Shown here: positions 11,817 to 25,280 of the stretch, piece by piece
How the letters are laid out: each line of letters begins with the position of its first letter
Numbering within the stretch: the first letter of the stretch is position 1
NCBI GenBank assembly: GCA_043228905.1
Contig: JBHGNT010000022.1
Span: forward strand, 9,610,001 to 9,674,000
Direction: 5' to 3'
DNA from: Azolla caroliniana
Lineage: Eukaryota; Plantae; Polypodiophyta
DNA length: 64,000 nucleotides
Notes under the pieces: model-generated
Database searches by the model: none
What the model saw: only the letters and a program-made list of their open reading frames with translations
What the model was told of the DNA's origin: nothing
Program-made: the position numbers and the translations under genes

Positions 11817-14800
11817 CTAAGCTTCGTGGAGCCATCCTCTAAGACTTGTGGGATCATGTCTGGTTCAGCCTCTACCAATTGTTAATGAGGCTCTATTAAT
11901 GTGACCATCGAGGAAGATGAGATGGTGTAGGTTTGTCTCGGGGACCTGGCGCCGAAGTTCAGACCATTGCGAATGGCGGTCTATACAAGGGAGAATACGT
12001 CCTCGTTTTATGACTTACAGTAAATGCTCCTAGTAGAGGAGAACCACACAAGTGCGTCAACGAGCACGCACACCGATAACAAGATGTTGTACACGAAGGC
12101 AGATCGACACGCGGTGGAAGCGGGTGACAAGAGTAGAATCGGAGGCACAAAGATGGTGCCGACAACAATTTTGAACCCTTTGGAAATAGGGAGAGTCAAG
12201 GCGGTGCCGGGAGCCGGCAAGAGAAGACCGCGACGGAATGTTGGTATTGTGGCCGAAAGGGCCACAAAGAGCACAAGTGCTGGAAAAAATGTGCCGATTC
12301 AGACAAATCCGGATTCGGCAAGGCCGGATGGGGGAATTGACAAGCTCACATTACATGGAAGGACCGGAAGGATCCGGTTCCGGAGATGGATCAGGCCCCT
12401 TTGTGATGAAACACAAGGCAAACTGAATGAAGACAAACACCTCGAAACCGAATGAGGTATAATATGTTGATTCCGGAGTGTCAAATCACATGACAAACCA
12501 CGAGGAGTGGTTTACTTACCTAGAGAAACCGAAACAACTGGGGGTTGTTGAAACCGGAGATGACACCCCACATACCATCAAGCATATTGGTGAAGTCCCC
12601 CTCAACCATGTAGGGCAGAAGGGAAAGTTGATGAACTTCTTGCACGTCCCGACCATCACGAAGAATTTGGTGTCAGTTCGACAGATTGTCGACAAAGGGA
12701 TGCAAGTCTGGTTCACACATCTCGGGTGCTTCATTGAAGAAGAAGGCAAAGTCATTGCACAGGGGCGCTAAGACGGGAGGATGTTTATCCTCGAGACAAA
12801 TGATTTTGGCACCGCTATGTTCGCAAAAGGTCAAAAAGTTGAGTCAGACATCAACCTTTGGCATAAGCAAATCGGCCACATCAACTTCCGGAAGCTTCAA
12901 GAGTTGCAGTCGAAACACGTAGTTTCCGGACTCCTGAAGTTTAGTGGCCGGAAAGGCCAAATATGTGAAGCTTGCCAACTCGGGAAGCAACATAGGCTTC
13001 CGTTCCCCAATTAGAAGAATCAAAGCCGAAATCGGCTTGATCTCATTCATTCGGATGTGTGGGGGACTGACACAAAATGTGAGCATCAGTGGGAGTCGGT
13101 ATTTTGTCTCCTTCATCGACGATTTTAGTCGACACACTTGGATCTATCTGATCGAGAAGAAGAGCGAAGTCTTCTCTTGCTTCTGGGACCTAAAGAATCA
13201 TGTAGAGTGAAAAACCGGAAGGAAGATTAAGTGTCTGAGATCAGATGGCAAAAAAGAGTACTTTTCCGGCCAGTTCACGAGTTATCTACAGACGAAGGGA
13301 ATCCGACAAGAATTCTCCTGCAGATACACACCGGAGCAGAACGACATGGCCGAGCGTCGGAATAGGACGTTGGTAGAAGTAGCCAAGGCAATGCTCGAGG
13401 AGAAGCATATGCCAAAATTTTATTGGGTTGAAGCAATTCGAACATCTAATTACATACAAAATTAGATATCTGCATCAGGGAAAAAGGTGTCGCCACACAA
13501 ATTGTATTTCGAAAGGAAGCCTAATTTGGCACACCTTTGAGTGTTCGTAGCATTGCATGTGTGCATGTACTGAAAGAAAAACAGAGGAAGTTAGATGTGA
13601 AAGCCGAAAAGTGCATTCTCGTTGGCTACTCGGATGAACATAAGGGTTATAAGTGTTATAACCCCTAATCGAAAATGGTCCGAGTTAGCCGAGATGTCAT
13701 TTTTGATGAATCGACATCTTGGTACTTCTCTCCACCCAAACCCGAGCCAATTGTTGTAGATGATCCGGTAGAATCCGAAACAGAGAGAAGCATTGCGGAA
13801 TCCAAACAGTCGGATAGTCCGACTTCTCTCCGGATGAGTGGACCGAATCCGAATTGGTTGAGCCGGAGTGGTCAATTGGATGACGAGCTGGTGAGTAGTG
13901 GAGACTCGGTCGTACTCTCCCCACGTAAGAAACTGAGGAGACGGTTCATGCGCAAAGAGAAGGGGAAGAAGAAGATGTTGAAGTACGACATTGGTAGGGA
14001 AGAGTCGGATTGGAGCGAATCCGACTACTGAAAGCAAGAAAACAGACCCCCGGAGAAGAGGTCGGAGTCGGCCAATAGGGCCATCAAATTGGCAGATCAG
14101 AAATTGTGCCGATCCACCCGCCAAAAGCATCCCGTTGTTCGGTACAAATATAACAAGTGTATGTCGCATCACTATGTGTGCATGGTGAAGGTGGCAGCCA
14201 TGCGTGAGCCGGAGAGCTACGCCGAAGTGGTTAAGGACCTGAACTGGCGGAAGGCCATGGAGGAAGAGATGCACGCGCTCACGAAAACAAGACGTGGAAC
14301 TTAGTTGGTGTACCGAAAGGAGTGAAGCCGATTGGTTTCCAATGGGTATAGAAGGTTAAGTACAACAATAACGACTCTGTCAACTGGTACAAGGCTCGGT
14401 TAGTAGCCAAGGGCTACGCGCAACAGCACGACATCGACTACAATGAGACATTTGCGCCGGTCGCAAAGATGACGACCATTTGTGTCTTGCTTGCGATGAC
14501 AGCGGCGAAGCGATGGCATCTGCATCAAATGGATGTAAAGAATGTGTTCGTAAAGGTGAACTTCAGGAGCAGGTGTATATGGTTCAAACTTCAGTCCGCC
14601 AAATTTCAGTCCGGAATGAACATGTCGGCCGTTTGCCGACTGAAGAAGTCCCTTTACGGACTAAAGTAAGCCCCGCATGCCTGGAACACAAAGATCACAC
14701 AACAACTTCGTTAGATGGGGTTTGCCCCGTCAAAGACGAATTCTTCACTCTTCATCCGGCAAGATCGAAATGAGCCAATTAGTATTTTACTTTATGTTGA

Positions 14801-17800
14801 TGATTTAGTCATCGCCAACGCCAACTTGGATAAAATCGATCGTGTCAAGTTCGAACTCGTGGCATTGTTTGACATGAAGGATCTTGGGGACCTTCATTAC
14901 TTCCTCAGGATCGAAATGAACCGCACCTCGGAAGGCATATTGATCAGTCAACGCCACTATGTGTTGAATATGCTCTTCAAATTCGGTATGACGAAATGCA
15001 AATCCATCTAGACTCCTCTGGACCGGAATGTGAAGCTTTGCCCCGACTCCAGAACAACATGCGACCCGAAAAGGTTCCGACAAATAGTCGGAAGTCTCAT
15101 ATATTTGACCATCACCCGGACGGACCTCAGTTATCCAATCGGATTGATTAGTCAATTTATGGCGCATCCAACCGTGGAGCACCTTCAGTGCACGCACTGA
15201 ATACTGAGGTACATTAGCGGCACTAAGGACAGGGGGCTGCTGTATCGAACTAGTGTAGTCGGACATCTTGTCGGCTACACAGATGCCAATTGGGCCGGAA
15301 ATGCTGGTGACCATACGTCTACATCCGGATATGCATTTTCACTTGGGAGCGTCGCAGTTGCCGGGAGCAATAAGAAGCAACCGACAATAACATTGTCAAG
15401 CACCGAGGCCGAGTACCGAGGAGCAGCTTGCGAAGCCATATGGCTCAAGCGGCTCCCAAAGGATCTGCAGCTGGAGGTGTCCGATCCTACAACAATCTAC
15501 TGTGACAACCTCATAAGCATCCAACTAGCAAAGAACCCCGTCTTTCACACCCATACCAAGCACATTGAGGTGCACTACCATTTTGTCTGTGAGCGTGTCT
15601 TCTCCGGTGAAGTAGAATTGTTGTATGTTTTGACAGATCGGCAACTTGCTGACATCTTCACCAGACCCTTGGGTCTTGAAGGGTTACAACATTTTTTGGG
15701 CATACTTGGTGTGCAAAACCTCGATATGTCGAACTTGAGGGGGAGGAATGAAAGGGGGAGAGATGGTCAAAACGAACTGCGGAATCAAGCCAAGAAAGAA
15801 GATGTCTGGAAAGCCAAATCAGATACTGACTTCGATTCCAGCCCGGTTGAGAGAAGTCAGAGTGTACGGTGTTATCCGTGGGACAAAAGGGATACAATGT
15901 GAAACGAATCTAAGGATACGAGTAGGTAAAGTAGGTGACAAATGACAACTGAGAATGAGGAAGGTAATGGAATACGTGTAGCCGAGAATGAAGGCTGAGA
16001 AGAAAAGATTTACTGAAGTGCGTCAAGTAGAAAGGGAAGCTATAAAACAAGGAGCATAATCAACAAGAAAGAGGGGGAGTGATACCCTAGTCTAGATAGG
16101 ATTATTGTTATTTGTTTGACTGTATGAGAATAGAACTCTTAGCGTGAGCCATGTAACCTTTGCATCTAAATCTATTAATATATCTATCTTTGTGGGTCTA
16201 ATCTGTTCAAGCATCTATATGTGTTATTTGGATTTGCTATCTTAATTTCAAGTACAATTTACCAGAACGGTTGTGGCCAACTGTTTTTCATAATCAATTA
16301 GCCATGCAATCTCGGGTTCTTGTCCACCACTACGTACCACGACCCCTTGACCCGATTACCTTAGAAGTAATCGAAGGTGTTATCTCCGAGAAAAGACAAC
16401 ACAATTTGGCACGCTCGGTTCACGCCTGGTAATACAACGAACAACGTAGGCAGAAACCCCAGCCGCCATTATGGCGCCCAATTGCAACACGCCTTCTCGG
16501 CTACTCTCCTGCCGTGCCGAGCCAGCCGAGGAAACTGCCGACTCCGCGCTCACACACAATCATTGTCAGAGCCCCCAGAGTCACACCACTCGCCAATAGT
16601 GGCCCAGACACACAGTTGCACATTGGCTTTGACCCCCCCGCACCTCCGAGTCCTACCGAAGTTACCCAAGCCGAGTTCAACCCTTTTCCGACGTTACCAA
16701 AAGACCTAGACTTCAACACCATGCCTTACCCATATCCACGTTATACGAATGGCCCTGATGCGGAAGCTCACCTCTGCTCTTTTCTATCCACTTGGCAAGC
16801 CAACCATTCGATGTAGCGTCTCACCACTATGGAGGTCAATGCCTTCAAAATCGCCGAGTTCACCCTCTCTCTCGACGGACCCGCTGCACGATGGTACTCC
16901 CGCCATGACCCTAGGGAGTTTACAACATTTGAGGATGTCTGTACCCGCTTCCTCAAACTATTCCACTAGGAGATCCCAAAGTGCGAACTGCTCTGCCAGT
17001 TCTACACCATTGCCCAAGAACCAAAGGAAACGGTTTCCTAGTTCACACTCCGATTTCAAGGCCTCTATCGACAACTCGCGCAAGACGTGTTGGCAAATCA
17101 TTTGAAAGACACATTCCTTGTCGGAATCCGAGAGCCTCTCTAGACTACGCTTGCCCTATCGAGTTTTTCACAATAGACCATCGAATAGGTGGTCGCTTGA
17201 GTCTTAGCCTTGGACAGAGCTCACCATAGTAAACCCTTCTCGATGGGCTTACTCCAAAACGCCTTACCAACACACGAAGAAACCCGATTTCGGTAGGCGC
17301 TGCAATGAACAACTTGTTCCAATTCTGGTCACTCGACCGTGGATTGCCCTCTTCGGCCTCATTGCCCTATCTGCCATTCTCGAGTACATACGATTGAGCA
17401 ATGCGAGTACAACATGCTCAATCGTACTACCTCGGCTCCTGTAAAATCGCCCCGATCGTCCTCAACAAGATGATCGTCCTCCACCACGGAATAGGGACGC
17501 CGAACAGCCTTGGTACGATGATCGGCATCCCCAGGATGACGGCTACCGACCCAACCCGGATCGTTATCGCCCAGATAACCAATGCCGACCTGAGGAGCCA
17601 TAGTATCGCCTAGATAATCGACCACGACCCGAGGACGATCGCTACCAATATCACGACGACCGCTATCGTCCGGACGACGACTATTACGGCTATGATTATG
17701 ACCGAGAGGACTACTATGAACCAAGGTATCCACGACACGATCGACGACCTCCCTATAATAATCGCAGTCCCCGACCCTTGGGCAATAATCGACGACCCTT

Positions 17801-18874
17801 CAACAACCGTCGTCGAGACCCTCCACACACCGATAATCGACGACACCCCTTGCTCGACTCTTAGGAAAACGCGTCCCGTTGTCGTGGTTTTCCGCGAGTA
17901 TGTGTTGAAACGGGCAGGACCACGGGGGTCTCGAACCAAGGAGTCAGAGGGAGTAGGAAGTGCGACCGTGATGGTGTGCTTGGTCGGTTACCGGAAGATG
18001 GACAATAAGTGTGTAGGTTCACAGAAGGAACCATGTCGCGCAGCTAACAGGTAGAGCGGGAAACCAGTTACAAAGAAATAGAAATAGAGATGAAAACCCA
18101 AAACGAGAAGAGATCGACCTGAACAATCAATGCGCTCTACAAAACACACCCCCACCCACACATGCACACAAACAGATTAAGGAGCCTCTGGTCAGGAGCT
18201 CATTGGCTTCTTGCGCGAGCAAAGGCTTCCTTACAAAATCGTACACAAGGCAGAGAGTGGGAGAGAGAGAGAGAGAGCTCGGCCCACAAACCGACAACAC
18301 TTCGTCCTCCCCTAAATGCCGATCCCTAAAGCATGCTTAAGCCTCATGTTAAGAATTAGGTAAGTAATTAAGCAAGGATTAATTAGTACCTAATTATGTG
18401 ATTAGTTGATAAGCGGAAGATTATGTGATATGTGTGTGTATGTGTGTATGTGTGTATGTGTGTGAGAGGAAGAGAGAGAGAGAGAGAGAGAGATACAACA
18501 CAAGATGGGGGATGAGTAAGTATATAAAATTAGCATTATCATCATCAAATCCAAAAATACCCACAATGAGGTATATATACATCTCATGTGCAAAGGTGCA
18601 CATGTGTGAGTGGAATATAGGTACTAAGGTGTAAGTCCTATATTAAATGTACTTAGGAGTGGAGGATCTAGAATATCCCACTTAAGTACAAGGTCCTACT
18701 TAAGGCGTTATAGTCAACACTTCTAACTAGATTCTATCTAGGTAACTACGAAGTTACATGGTTGACTAACTAAACTAAGTTGAGTTTGATCTCTCAACAC
18801 GCCCCCTCAAGCTCAAGTGTGAGACGTCCAACATCCGCTTTGGTTTCGTCGGCTTTGTGTGCTTCCATCCAACC

Positions 18875-18959
18875 TGTTGGAGACGAGGTCGTCTATGCGG
18901 AAGATCAAGAAGCATTCGATTAGTGCTGAATACCTGTGTATGACAGTTTCTAGGTCGTT

Positions 18960-19003
<44 letters not shown>

Positions 19004-22000
19004 AAAAGACTTTTTATTCCACAAAGCAATAATACAACGCCCAACCTTACAAAAAGGTTACAAGGTCACTATATATAGTGACCGACTTAGGGCAACTACC
19101 CTTTATGATAATTACACAAATGCCCCAAACTTGGGCTATAGAAAGGGATAGTGTGAATACGTCCATTATACACTTGTATTCGACACTCCCCCGTAATGGG
19201 CGTATACATGGGTTATCTAAGATTACAGGTATAGACTTAGGTTCTCGGACATATCAGCTTTGTTCAGGTCGGCAGGGTCCGAAGGTAGAAGACCGAACTG
19301 GTCGGGTCGGAACAGTTGAAGCCGATCATTAAGGAACTGATGTCGGTTGTCGGGAACCATCCTGCTCTGTGTCCGGCTCTAACCGGACTGGTTTGTCGTT
19401 ACGCCCATCTGATGCCGAAGAGACCGAAAACGGTCTGCCGAAAGACACTTGGTCATTCCATCTGCGACATTGTCGGTTGTGGATATTTTCTCTAGACCGA
19501 TTTTCCCTGAAATGACGCAGTCCCGAACAAAGTGATATCGAACGTCGATATGTTTGGAGGCGTTGTGGTGAACCGGATTTTTTGACAGGGCAACAGCACC
19601 TTGACTGTCGCTGTAGACAACTGGAGCTGAGTCATGGTCGACTTGTCGAAACGTGTGCGCCAGCCGACCGAGCCACAAAGCTTCTTTTGCTGCGTCGGAC
19701 GCAGCTACATATTCTGCTTCGATCGTTGAGGTCGCTGTGCACTCCTGAAGTTTCGACTTCCACGAGATTGCTCCATTGCCGAATTTGAAGCAGTATCCGG
19801 TTGTTGATTTCCGACTGTCTATACAGCCGGCGAAATCCGAGTCGGTGTAACCGACTACGCCTGAGGTTCGGTTCGGACCGAAAAGAATGCCGTGGTCTTT
19901 TGTGCCAGCCAGATATCTGAACACATGCTTGACTGCGTTCCAATGCGATCGGCCAGGATTGTGCATAAATCTGCTAACGACTCCTACGGCGTGAGAAATA
20001 TCAGGCCGTGTCGCGACCATCAGGTACATAAGGGAGCCGACTGCCGGTGCATACGGTACCGACTTCATATCTTCCCCCTCCGGACCGGATGTCGGGCAGT
20101 CTCGCTGAGAGAGCCGAAGATTCATGGGGAGCGGGGTTGAAGCAGATTTGGCTGATTGCATGTTGAAGCGTTCCAAGACACGTCCGATATAGTCGGTCTG
20201 AGACAAAAAAAGATGTCGTTTATCGCGATGCCGACTAATTTTCATGCCAAGGATGTGTCGTGCCGGACCGAGGTCCTTCATGGCAAACTTCAACCGCAGT
20301 TGCCGAACGAGATCGGCAAGTTCGCCCGCGTGGCGTCCAGAAATGAGCATGTCGTCCACGTAAATGATGAGGAAGATGGGTGATCCATCTTGAGCTGTGT
20401 TGGTAAAGAGACAATGGTCCTCATCGCTTTTTGAGAAGCCGATCGATTGGACGAAGTCGTCGAACTTCTTGTACCATTGTCGCGGTGCCTGTTTGAGGCC
20501 GTATAGACTCTTCCTGAGTCGGCAGACTAGATGTTCTTGGCCAGTTGCCACGAAGCCTTTTGGCTGCTCCATATAAATTTCCTCCTCGAGATCACCATGG
20601 AGGAAGGCTGTTTTGACATCTAGCTGAATCAGCTCCAAGTTGTCGGCTGCCACGACGCCGAGCAAAAAACGAAGGGTTGTCATTTTCACCACTGGTGAAA
20701 AAATCTCGTCGAAGTCGACGCCATATTCTTGTCGGAAGCCCTTCGCAACTAATCTGGCCTTGTACTTTGGGGTGGTCGAATCAGACGTCTCTTTTAGTCG
20801 ATAAACCCACTTGCAAGGAAGAGCACGTCGGTTCCTAGGTAATTCGACCAGATCCCAAGTCTTGTTTGCCCGAATGGAGTGCATTTCCGACTCCATCGCC
20901 AGATGCCAGGTGGCGGAATCGACAGATGTCGATGCTTCTTCGTAAGACGTCGGTTCGCCGGCGTCGGTGAAGAAAATTCCAGGAGAGTACCTCTCCGGAG
21001 GTTGCGATAGTCTCTCGGATCGTCGAGGTATGATTGGACTGGTCGCATCGGGTATCGAGGTCGGATGGTCCGAAAGCGGATTGTTCTGCTGTGCCGAGTC
21101 GGAGTTGTCCGAGTCGGTAGTGTAAGGTTCAGCTACCCGTGAAGCTGACCGTGTGTTGAGAGCGGGGCCTTCTTGAAGGGTCGGCACATCGGAAAACGTT
21201 ACCCTTCGGACTTCGATCGGTTTTTCGACTGATGGATTCATAGCCGACTCGTTGAACACAACGTCCGAACTTCGAACGATTTGCCTGCGTTCGGGGTCCC
21301 AGAGTCGGTATCCCATTTCGCCGTCGGATCCATATCCAAGGAAAATGCATTTCCTGGACCGAGGTGCAAGTTTTCGGCGATCATCTTTTGGAATAAGGGC
21401 GTACGCCTCGCATCCGAAGATCCTCAGCTTGTCGTAATTCGGCTTACTGCCGATCCATAGTTCCTGAGGAATTTGAAGTCCTAGAGGTCTACTTGGCGAC
21501 ATATTGATTATGTGTACTGCCGTGAGTAGAGCCTCTGCCCAGAAGCCATCCGACAGTCCGGAGTGTTGGAGCATGGAAACTATCCTTTCTTGGATTGTCC
21601 GATTCATTCGTTCTGCAATCCCGTTTTGCTCCGGACTGTGTGGTGCCGTAAATTCACGTCGGATGCCGCGTTGTCGGCAGAATTTGACGAATTCTTCGGA
21701 TTTGAACTCTCCCCCATTGTCTGTCCGAAAGCATTTCAGCTTTCGGTCGGTTTGATTTTCTACCATAGCGAGCCAATCTGAGAATATCGAGAAGACCCGA
21801 TCTTTGGTGCGAATTGGATAAGCCCACACCTTTCGAGTCGAATCGTCAATAAAAGTGACGAAGTAAGAGGCACCGCCGAGAGACTGATGCGGCATTGGGC
21901 CACAGACGTCCGAGTGGACCAAATCGAGAGGTCTCGTTTCTCTTGGTGCTGATGTCGGGTGTGATGCGGCTGCTTGTTTGCCATACTGGCAATGCTCGCA

Positions 22001-24212
22001 GAATTGATGGTCGGAGAAGGAGAGTTTGGGGATGTATCTGGCTCTAGATAGGTGCGTGATGCCGGCCTTGCTGAGGTGTCCTAATCTTCTGTGCCATAGT
22101 GATGACACAGGAATATCCACCAAAAACAGGTTACCCTCTCTGAGCGTAACATGTAACGGATACAGGGAGTGTATCTTGGGTCCTCTAGCAAGCAGGAGGT
22201 TCCCCCTGTGGAGTGTCCACCCTCCCGAAGAAAAACCGGCACGAATGCCGTCTTCATCTAGTTGTCCGACTGAGATCAATGGCCTTGAGAGCTCGGGTAC
22301 ATGTCGGACATTGTGGAGTACAAGTGTAGAGCCACCTGCAAGGTTGAGCTCTACTGTGCCGATTCCGATGATGTCACAGTGTTGCGAGTTACCGACTCGA
22401 ACTGAGTCGGAGTGACGGATCGTATATTGCTGGAATTGGGATCGATGAGGAGTCACGTGAAATGACGCGCCCGAATCTAAGAGCCATGTGCTCGATTCTT
22501 CAGTCGTGAGCAGAACTTCTGATCCGACTGGATTTTCGATTGATAGTATATTCGGGTCGTCTGGTAGCACATCAGCTGAGAAGCTGACGTAATTGATCTC
22601 CTCATGCCGGCCACTCTTCTTGTCGGATCTCTGAGACTTGTCGTTCTTGTTCTTGAGTGCGCGGCAGTCGGCTTTGATGTGTCCGGGTTTCTTGCAGTAG
22701 TTGCAGATTCGGTTATCCCGTGACTGGCTCCGTCTTCGCTGATTGTTCGGCGGTCGTGAGGAATCTCTTCCTCGTATGTTCGATCGGTCTGTCGAACCTT
22801 GTACTACATAAGCGTCTTCTGTTGAGTCTTTGGCGAAAGACTTTCTCCGAGTTGCTTCGGTCAGGATCGCGCTCGTGACTTCGGAGTATTTAACAGCCGT
22901 GGTTGACGCGTTGCACACAGTTGTGACGAAAGTTTCCCATGATGAGGGAAGGCTGCTCATGAGTATCATTGCTCTGAGTTCATCCTCGATTGCCGTCCCC
23001 TGTGACGAGATTTGGGAGCTTATGCTTTCGTACTCATTGAGGTGTGCTTGAACCGAATCGGATTCTTTCATCCGCAAGTTGTAGAGGCGCCGGATCAGAA
23101 ACATCTTCGTTGCGGCGACCTTCTTTTCGTAAGTGTCCGACAGTGTTTTCCACAGTTCGAATGCTGTCGTACACGATTGCACCGTAAAGTATACCGACTC
23201 CGATAGGTGCATCCGAATCGTGGCGCGGACGATTCTGTCCAGCTTCTGCCACTCAACTGGTTTGTATCCTTCTGGAGGTTCTTCATTTTCGATGGGATCG
23301 ATTTGCCCCTTGACTATGAGATAGTCCTGCATTTGTTCCTTCCAGAAGTTGAAGTTCGATCCATCGAACTTTCGGAGACTCATTTCTGACGAGCCGGATG
23401 TTGATGCCATCAAATTCGGTTTCGGTTGACGAAGCTCGGTTCGGAGTTGACTACGAACCTTGTTGGAGTGCAGCCGGTTGGCTCACCCGATATCGTTCTA
23501 GTCGGATTTGAACCCGAGTCGGTTCGGCTTCGGATATATATGCCGAATACCGATTATTAAAACCGATTATCTGGACCGATTCTGCTTCGGTTGACTGCAG
23601 CAATGAGAGAGACGGATCCGACTGATCCTCCCGAATGTCGATCAGCCAGATGAAGCACGAATTTGGGTTGTTGTCAAAGTTGCACAAGGGGATTTCACCT
23701 CGAGCGGTTACGATCACAAGGGACAGAGTACAACCTGCTGGCTTACTCCAAGCGAAGATGATCTAACGTGATGAGATGCAAGTCTCGTTTTTCTTCTTCT
23801 TCTCTCTTCTTCGAATGACGCAAGAAACCGAATGCTGTGCAGGCTGAGACGACGGCCGACAGCGGGATGAAGGACCGAATACTGTGCAGGCTCTGATACC
23901 AGATGTTGGAGACGAGGTCGTCTATGCGGAAGATCAAGAAGCATTCGATTAGTGCTGAATACCTGCGTATGACAGTTTCTAGGTCGTTGCACAGAGAGAG
24001 AGAGAGAGAGAGACACACACACACACACACAAAAGACTTTTTATTCCACAAAGCAATAATACAACGCCCAACCTTACAAAAAGGTTACAAGGTCACTATA
24101 TATAGTGACCGACTTAGGGCAACTACCCTTTATGATAATTACACAAATGCCCCAAACTTGGGCTATAGAAAGGGATAGTGTGAATACGTCCATTATACAC
24201 TTGTATTCGACA
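18875..24212 (-). mobile_element. Element H: intact, young Ty1/Copia (Tnt1/Tork-like) retrotransposon; LTRs 23904-24212 and 18875-19185
   Basis: TG...CA LTRs of 309/311 bp, TSD CAACC, PBS tRNA-iMet at 23890-23901, PPT at 19186-19197. Confidence 0.95.
19379..23410 (-). CDS. Gag-Pol polyprotein of Copia element H (~1343 aa, uninterrupted)
   Basis: CCHC CNYCKKPGHIKADC, protease LLDSGASFH, WHRRLGH/CEHC, integrase VHSDVCGP...TDNGGEF...AERMNRT, RT YVDDML, RNase H YTDSDFAG; Copia domain order. Confidence 0.95.
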   Translation of the reverse strand: MASTSGSSEMSLRKFDGSNFNFWKEQMQDYLIVKGQIDPIENEEPPEGYKPVEWQKLDRIVRATIRMHLSESVYFTVQSCTTAFELWKTLSDTYEKKVAATKMFLIRRLYNLRMKESDSVQAHLNEYESISSQISSQGTAIEDELRAMILMSSLPSSWETFVTTVCNASTTAVKYSEVTSAILTEATRRKSFAKDSTEDAYVVQGSTDRSNIRGRDSSRPPNNQRRRSQSRDNRICNYCKKPGHIKADCRALKNKNDKSQRSDKKSGRHEEINYVSFSADVLPDDPNILSIENPVGSEVLLTTEESSTWLLDSGASFHVTPHRSQFQQYTIRHSDSVRVGNSQHCDIIGIGTVELNLAGGSTLVLHNVRHVPELSRPLISVGQLDEDGIRAGFSSGGWTLHRGNLLLARGPKIHSLYPLHVTLREGNLFLVDIPVSSLWHRRLGHLSKAGITHLSRARYIPKLSFSDHQFCEHCQYGKQAAASHPTSAPRETRPLDLVHSDVCGPMPHQSLGGASYFVTFIDDSTRKVWAYPIRTKDRVFSIFSDWLAMVENQTDRKLKCFRTDNGGEFKSEEFVKFCRQRGIRREFTAPHSPEQNGIAERMNRTIQERIVSMLQHSGLSDGFWAEALLTAVHIINMSPSRPLGLQIPQELWIGSKPNYDKLRIFGCEAYALIPKDDRRKLAPRSRKCIFLGYGSDGEMGYRLWDPERRQIVRSSDVVFNESAMNPSVEKPIEVRRVTFSDVPTLQEGPALNTRSASRVAEPYTTDSDNSDSAQQNNPLSDHPTSIPDATSPIIPRRSERLSQPPERYSPGIFFTDAGEPTSYEEASTSVDSATWHLAMESEMHSIRANKTWDLVELPRNRRALPCKWVYRLKETSDSTTPKYKARLVAKGFRQEYGVDFDEIFSPVVKMTTLRFLLGVVAADNLELIQLDVKTAFLHGDLEEEIYMEQPKGFVATGQEHLVCRLRKSLYGLKQAPRQWYKKFDDFVQSIGFSKSDEDHCLFTNTAQDGSPIFLIIYVDDMLISGRHAGELADLVRQLRLKFAMKDLGPARHILGMKISRHRDKRHLFLSQTDYIGRVLERFNMQSAKSASTPLPMNLRLSQRDCPTSGPEGEDMKSVPYAPAVGSLMYLMVATRPDISHAVGVVSRFMHNPGRSHWNAVKHVFRYLAGTKDHGILFGPNRTSGVVGYTDSDFAGCIDSRKSTTGYCFKFGNGAISWKSKLQECTATSTIEAEYVAASDAAKEALWLGRLAHTFRQVDHDSAPVVYSDSQGAVALSKNPVHHNASKHIDVRYHFVRDCVISGKIGLEKISTTDNVADGMTKCLSADRFRSLRHQMGVTTNQSG

Positions 24213-25280
24213 CAACCTTCGGCTTTCTTCATCGTGGCAATCTCAGTTCCTCCCCCTCAAGCCGGTGACGAAGGCTTGTAGCGTGTGGGTGAAGGTCGAC
24301 TACTTCCACCCATCGTGGGTTACGAGCCGATTCAGTGGAGCTCTTGGGCTCTTGTTCGGCCGCTACCTTCATCACGAAGGCGTAATGATAGGCCATATAC
24401 TCGTTGTAGCCGAGCCGAGTGACGGAATTCTTTACTCCGGGTATACGCATGATGGGTACTCCAAACTCATTGTCTAGTGAGAGAGCCGATCCAACCAAAT
24501 CATTGTCGTTGGGGTGGTCGACTTCGTATTCGGGCATCTTACCTTTGCCTTTCTCCAAGTTCATACTTGGCTGCGACGTGGTTGGGTCGCGTGGGGGATC
24601 TTGTGGCCCACCAGGCTTTGTCGTAATCAGACTTTCTTCAAACATGTGTTCGAAGTGATCTCCATCTTCTACCTCTTGTTCGGCAGATTCCGGGTCGAGC
24701 GGAGTCAAAGTCGTAGTTGTCTCTGGTGCATACCAGGATGCAGACTCGTCGAAGACTACGTCTTGACTTACCCGAACCACTCAGGTAGAAGGGTTGTAGC
24801 ACTTCTATGCTTTCTTCTCGGACGAGTATCCTATGAGGATACATTCCTCTGACTTCGCGTTGGGCATCTGTCATTGTTTGTTCGGGATGCGTACATTCAC
24901 AATGCTTCCGAACACCTTGAGGTGCAACAAGATCGGCTTCCTTCTGACGAGGAGCTCATATGGAGTTAGCTCATGCACTCCATTAGTGGTGCATCGATTC
25001 ATGAGATAAACGACCGTGGATGCCACTTCGGCCCAATAGAAATTTGGCATGTGCTTCTCATGCATCATGGCGCGTGCTACCTCGAGTATTTGCCGATTCT
25101 TCCTTTCGGCTACTCCATTTTGTTGGGGTGTGTGTCGGCACGAGAATTCTCTCCGAATGCCTTCACTTTGGAGGTAGGAGGTGAATTCATTGGACAAATA
25201 CTCCTTTCCTCCATCTGATCGTAGGCATCTAATGTGCCAACCGGTTTCTTTTTCGACTTGCCCCTTCAGCTTTTGGAAGT

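Noticed and set aside
17440-17860. GACGAC-rich low-complexity region with ORFs on both strands
   Set aside because: Part of the D/R/Y-rich linker of Gypsy B gag, not an independent gene.
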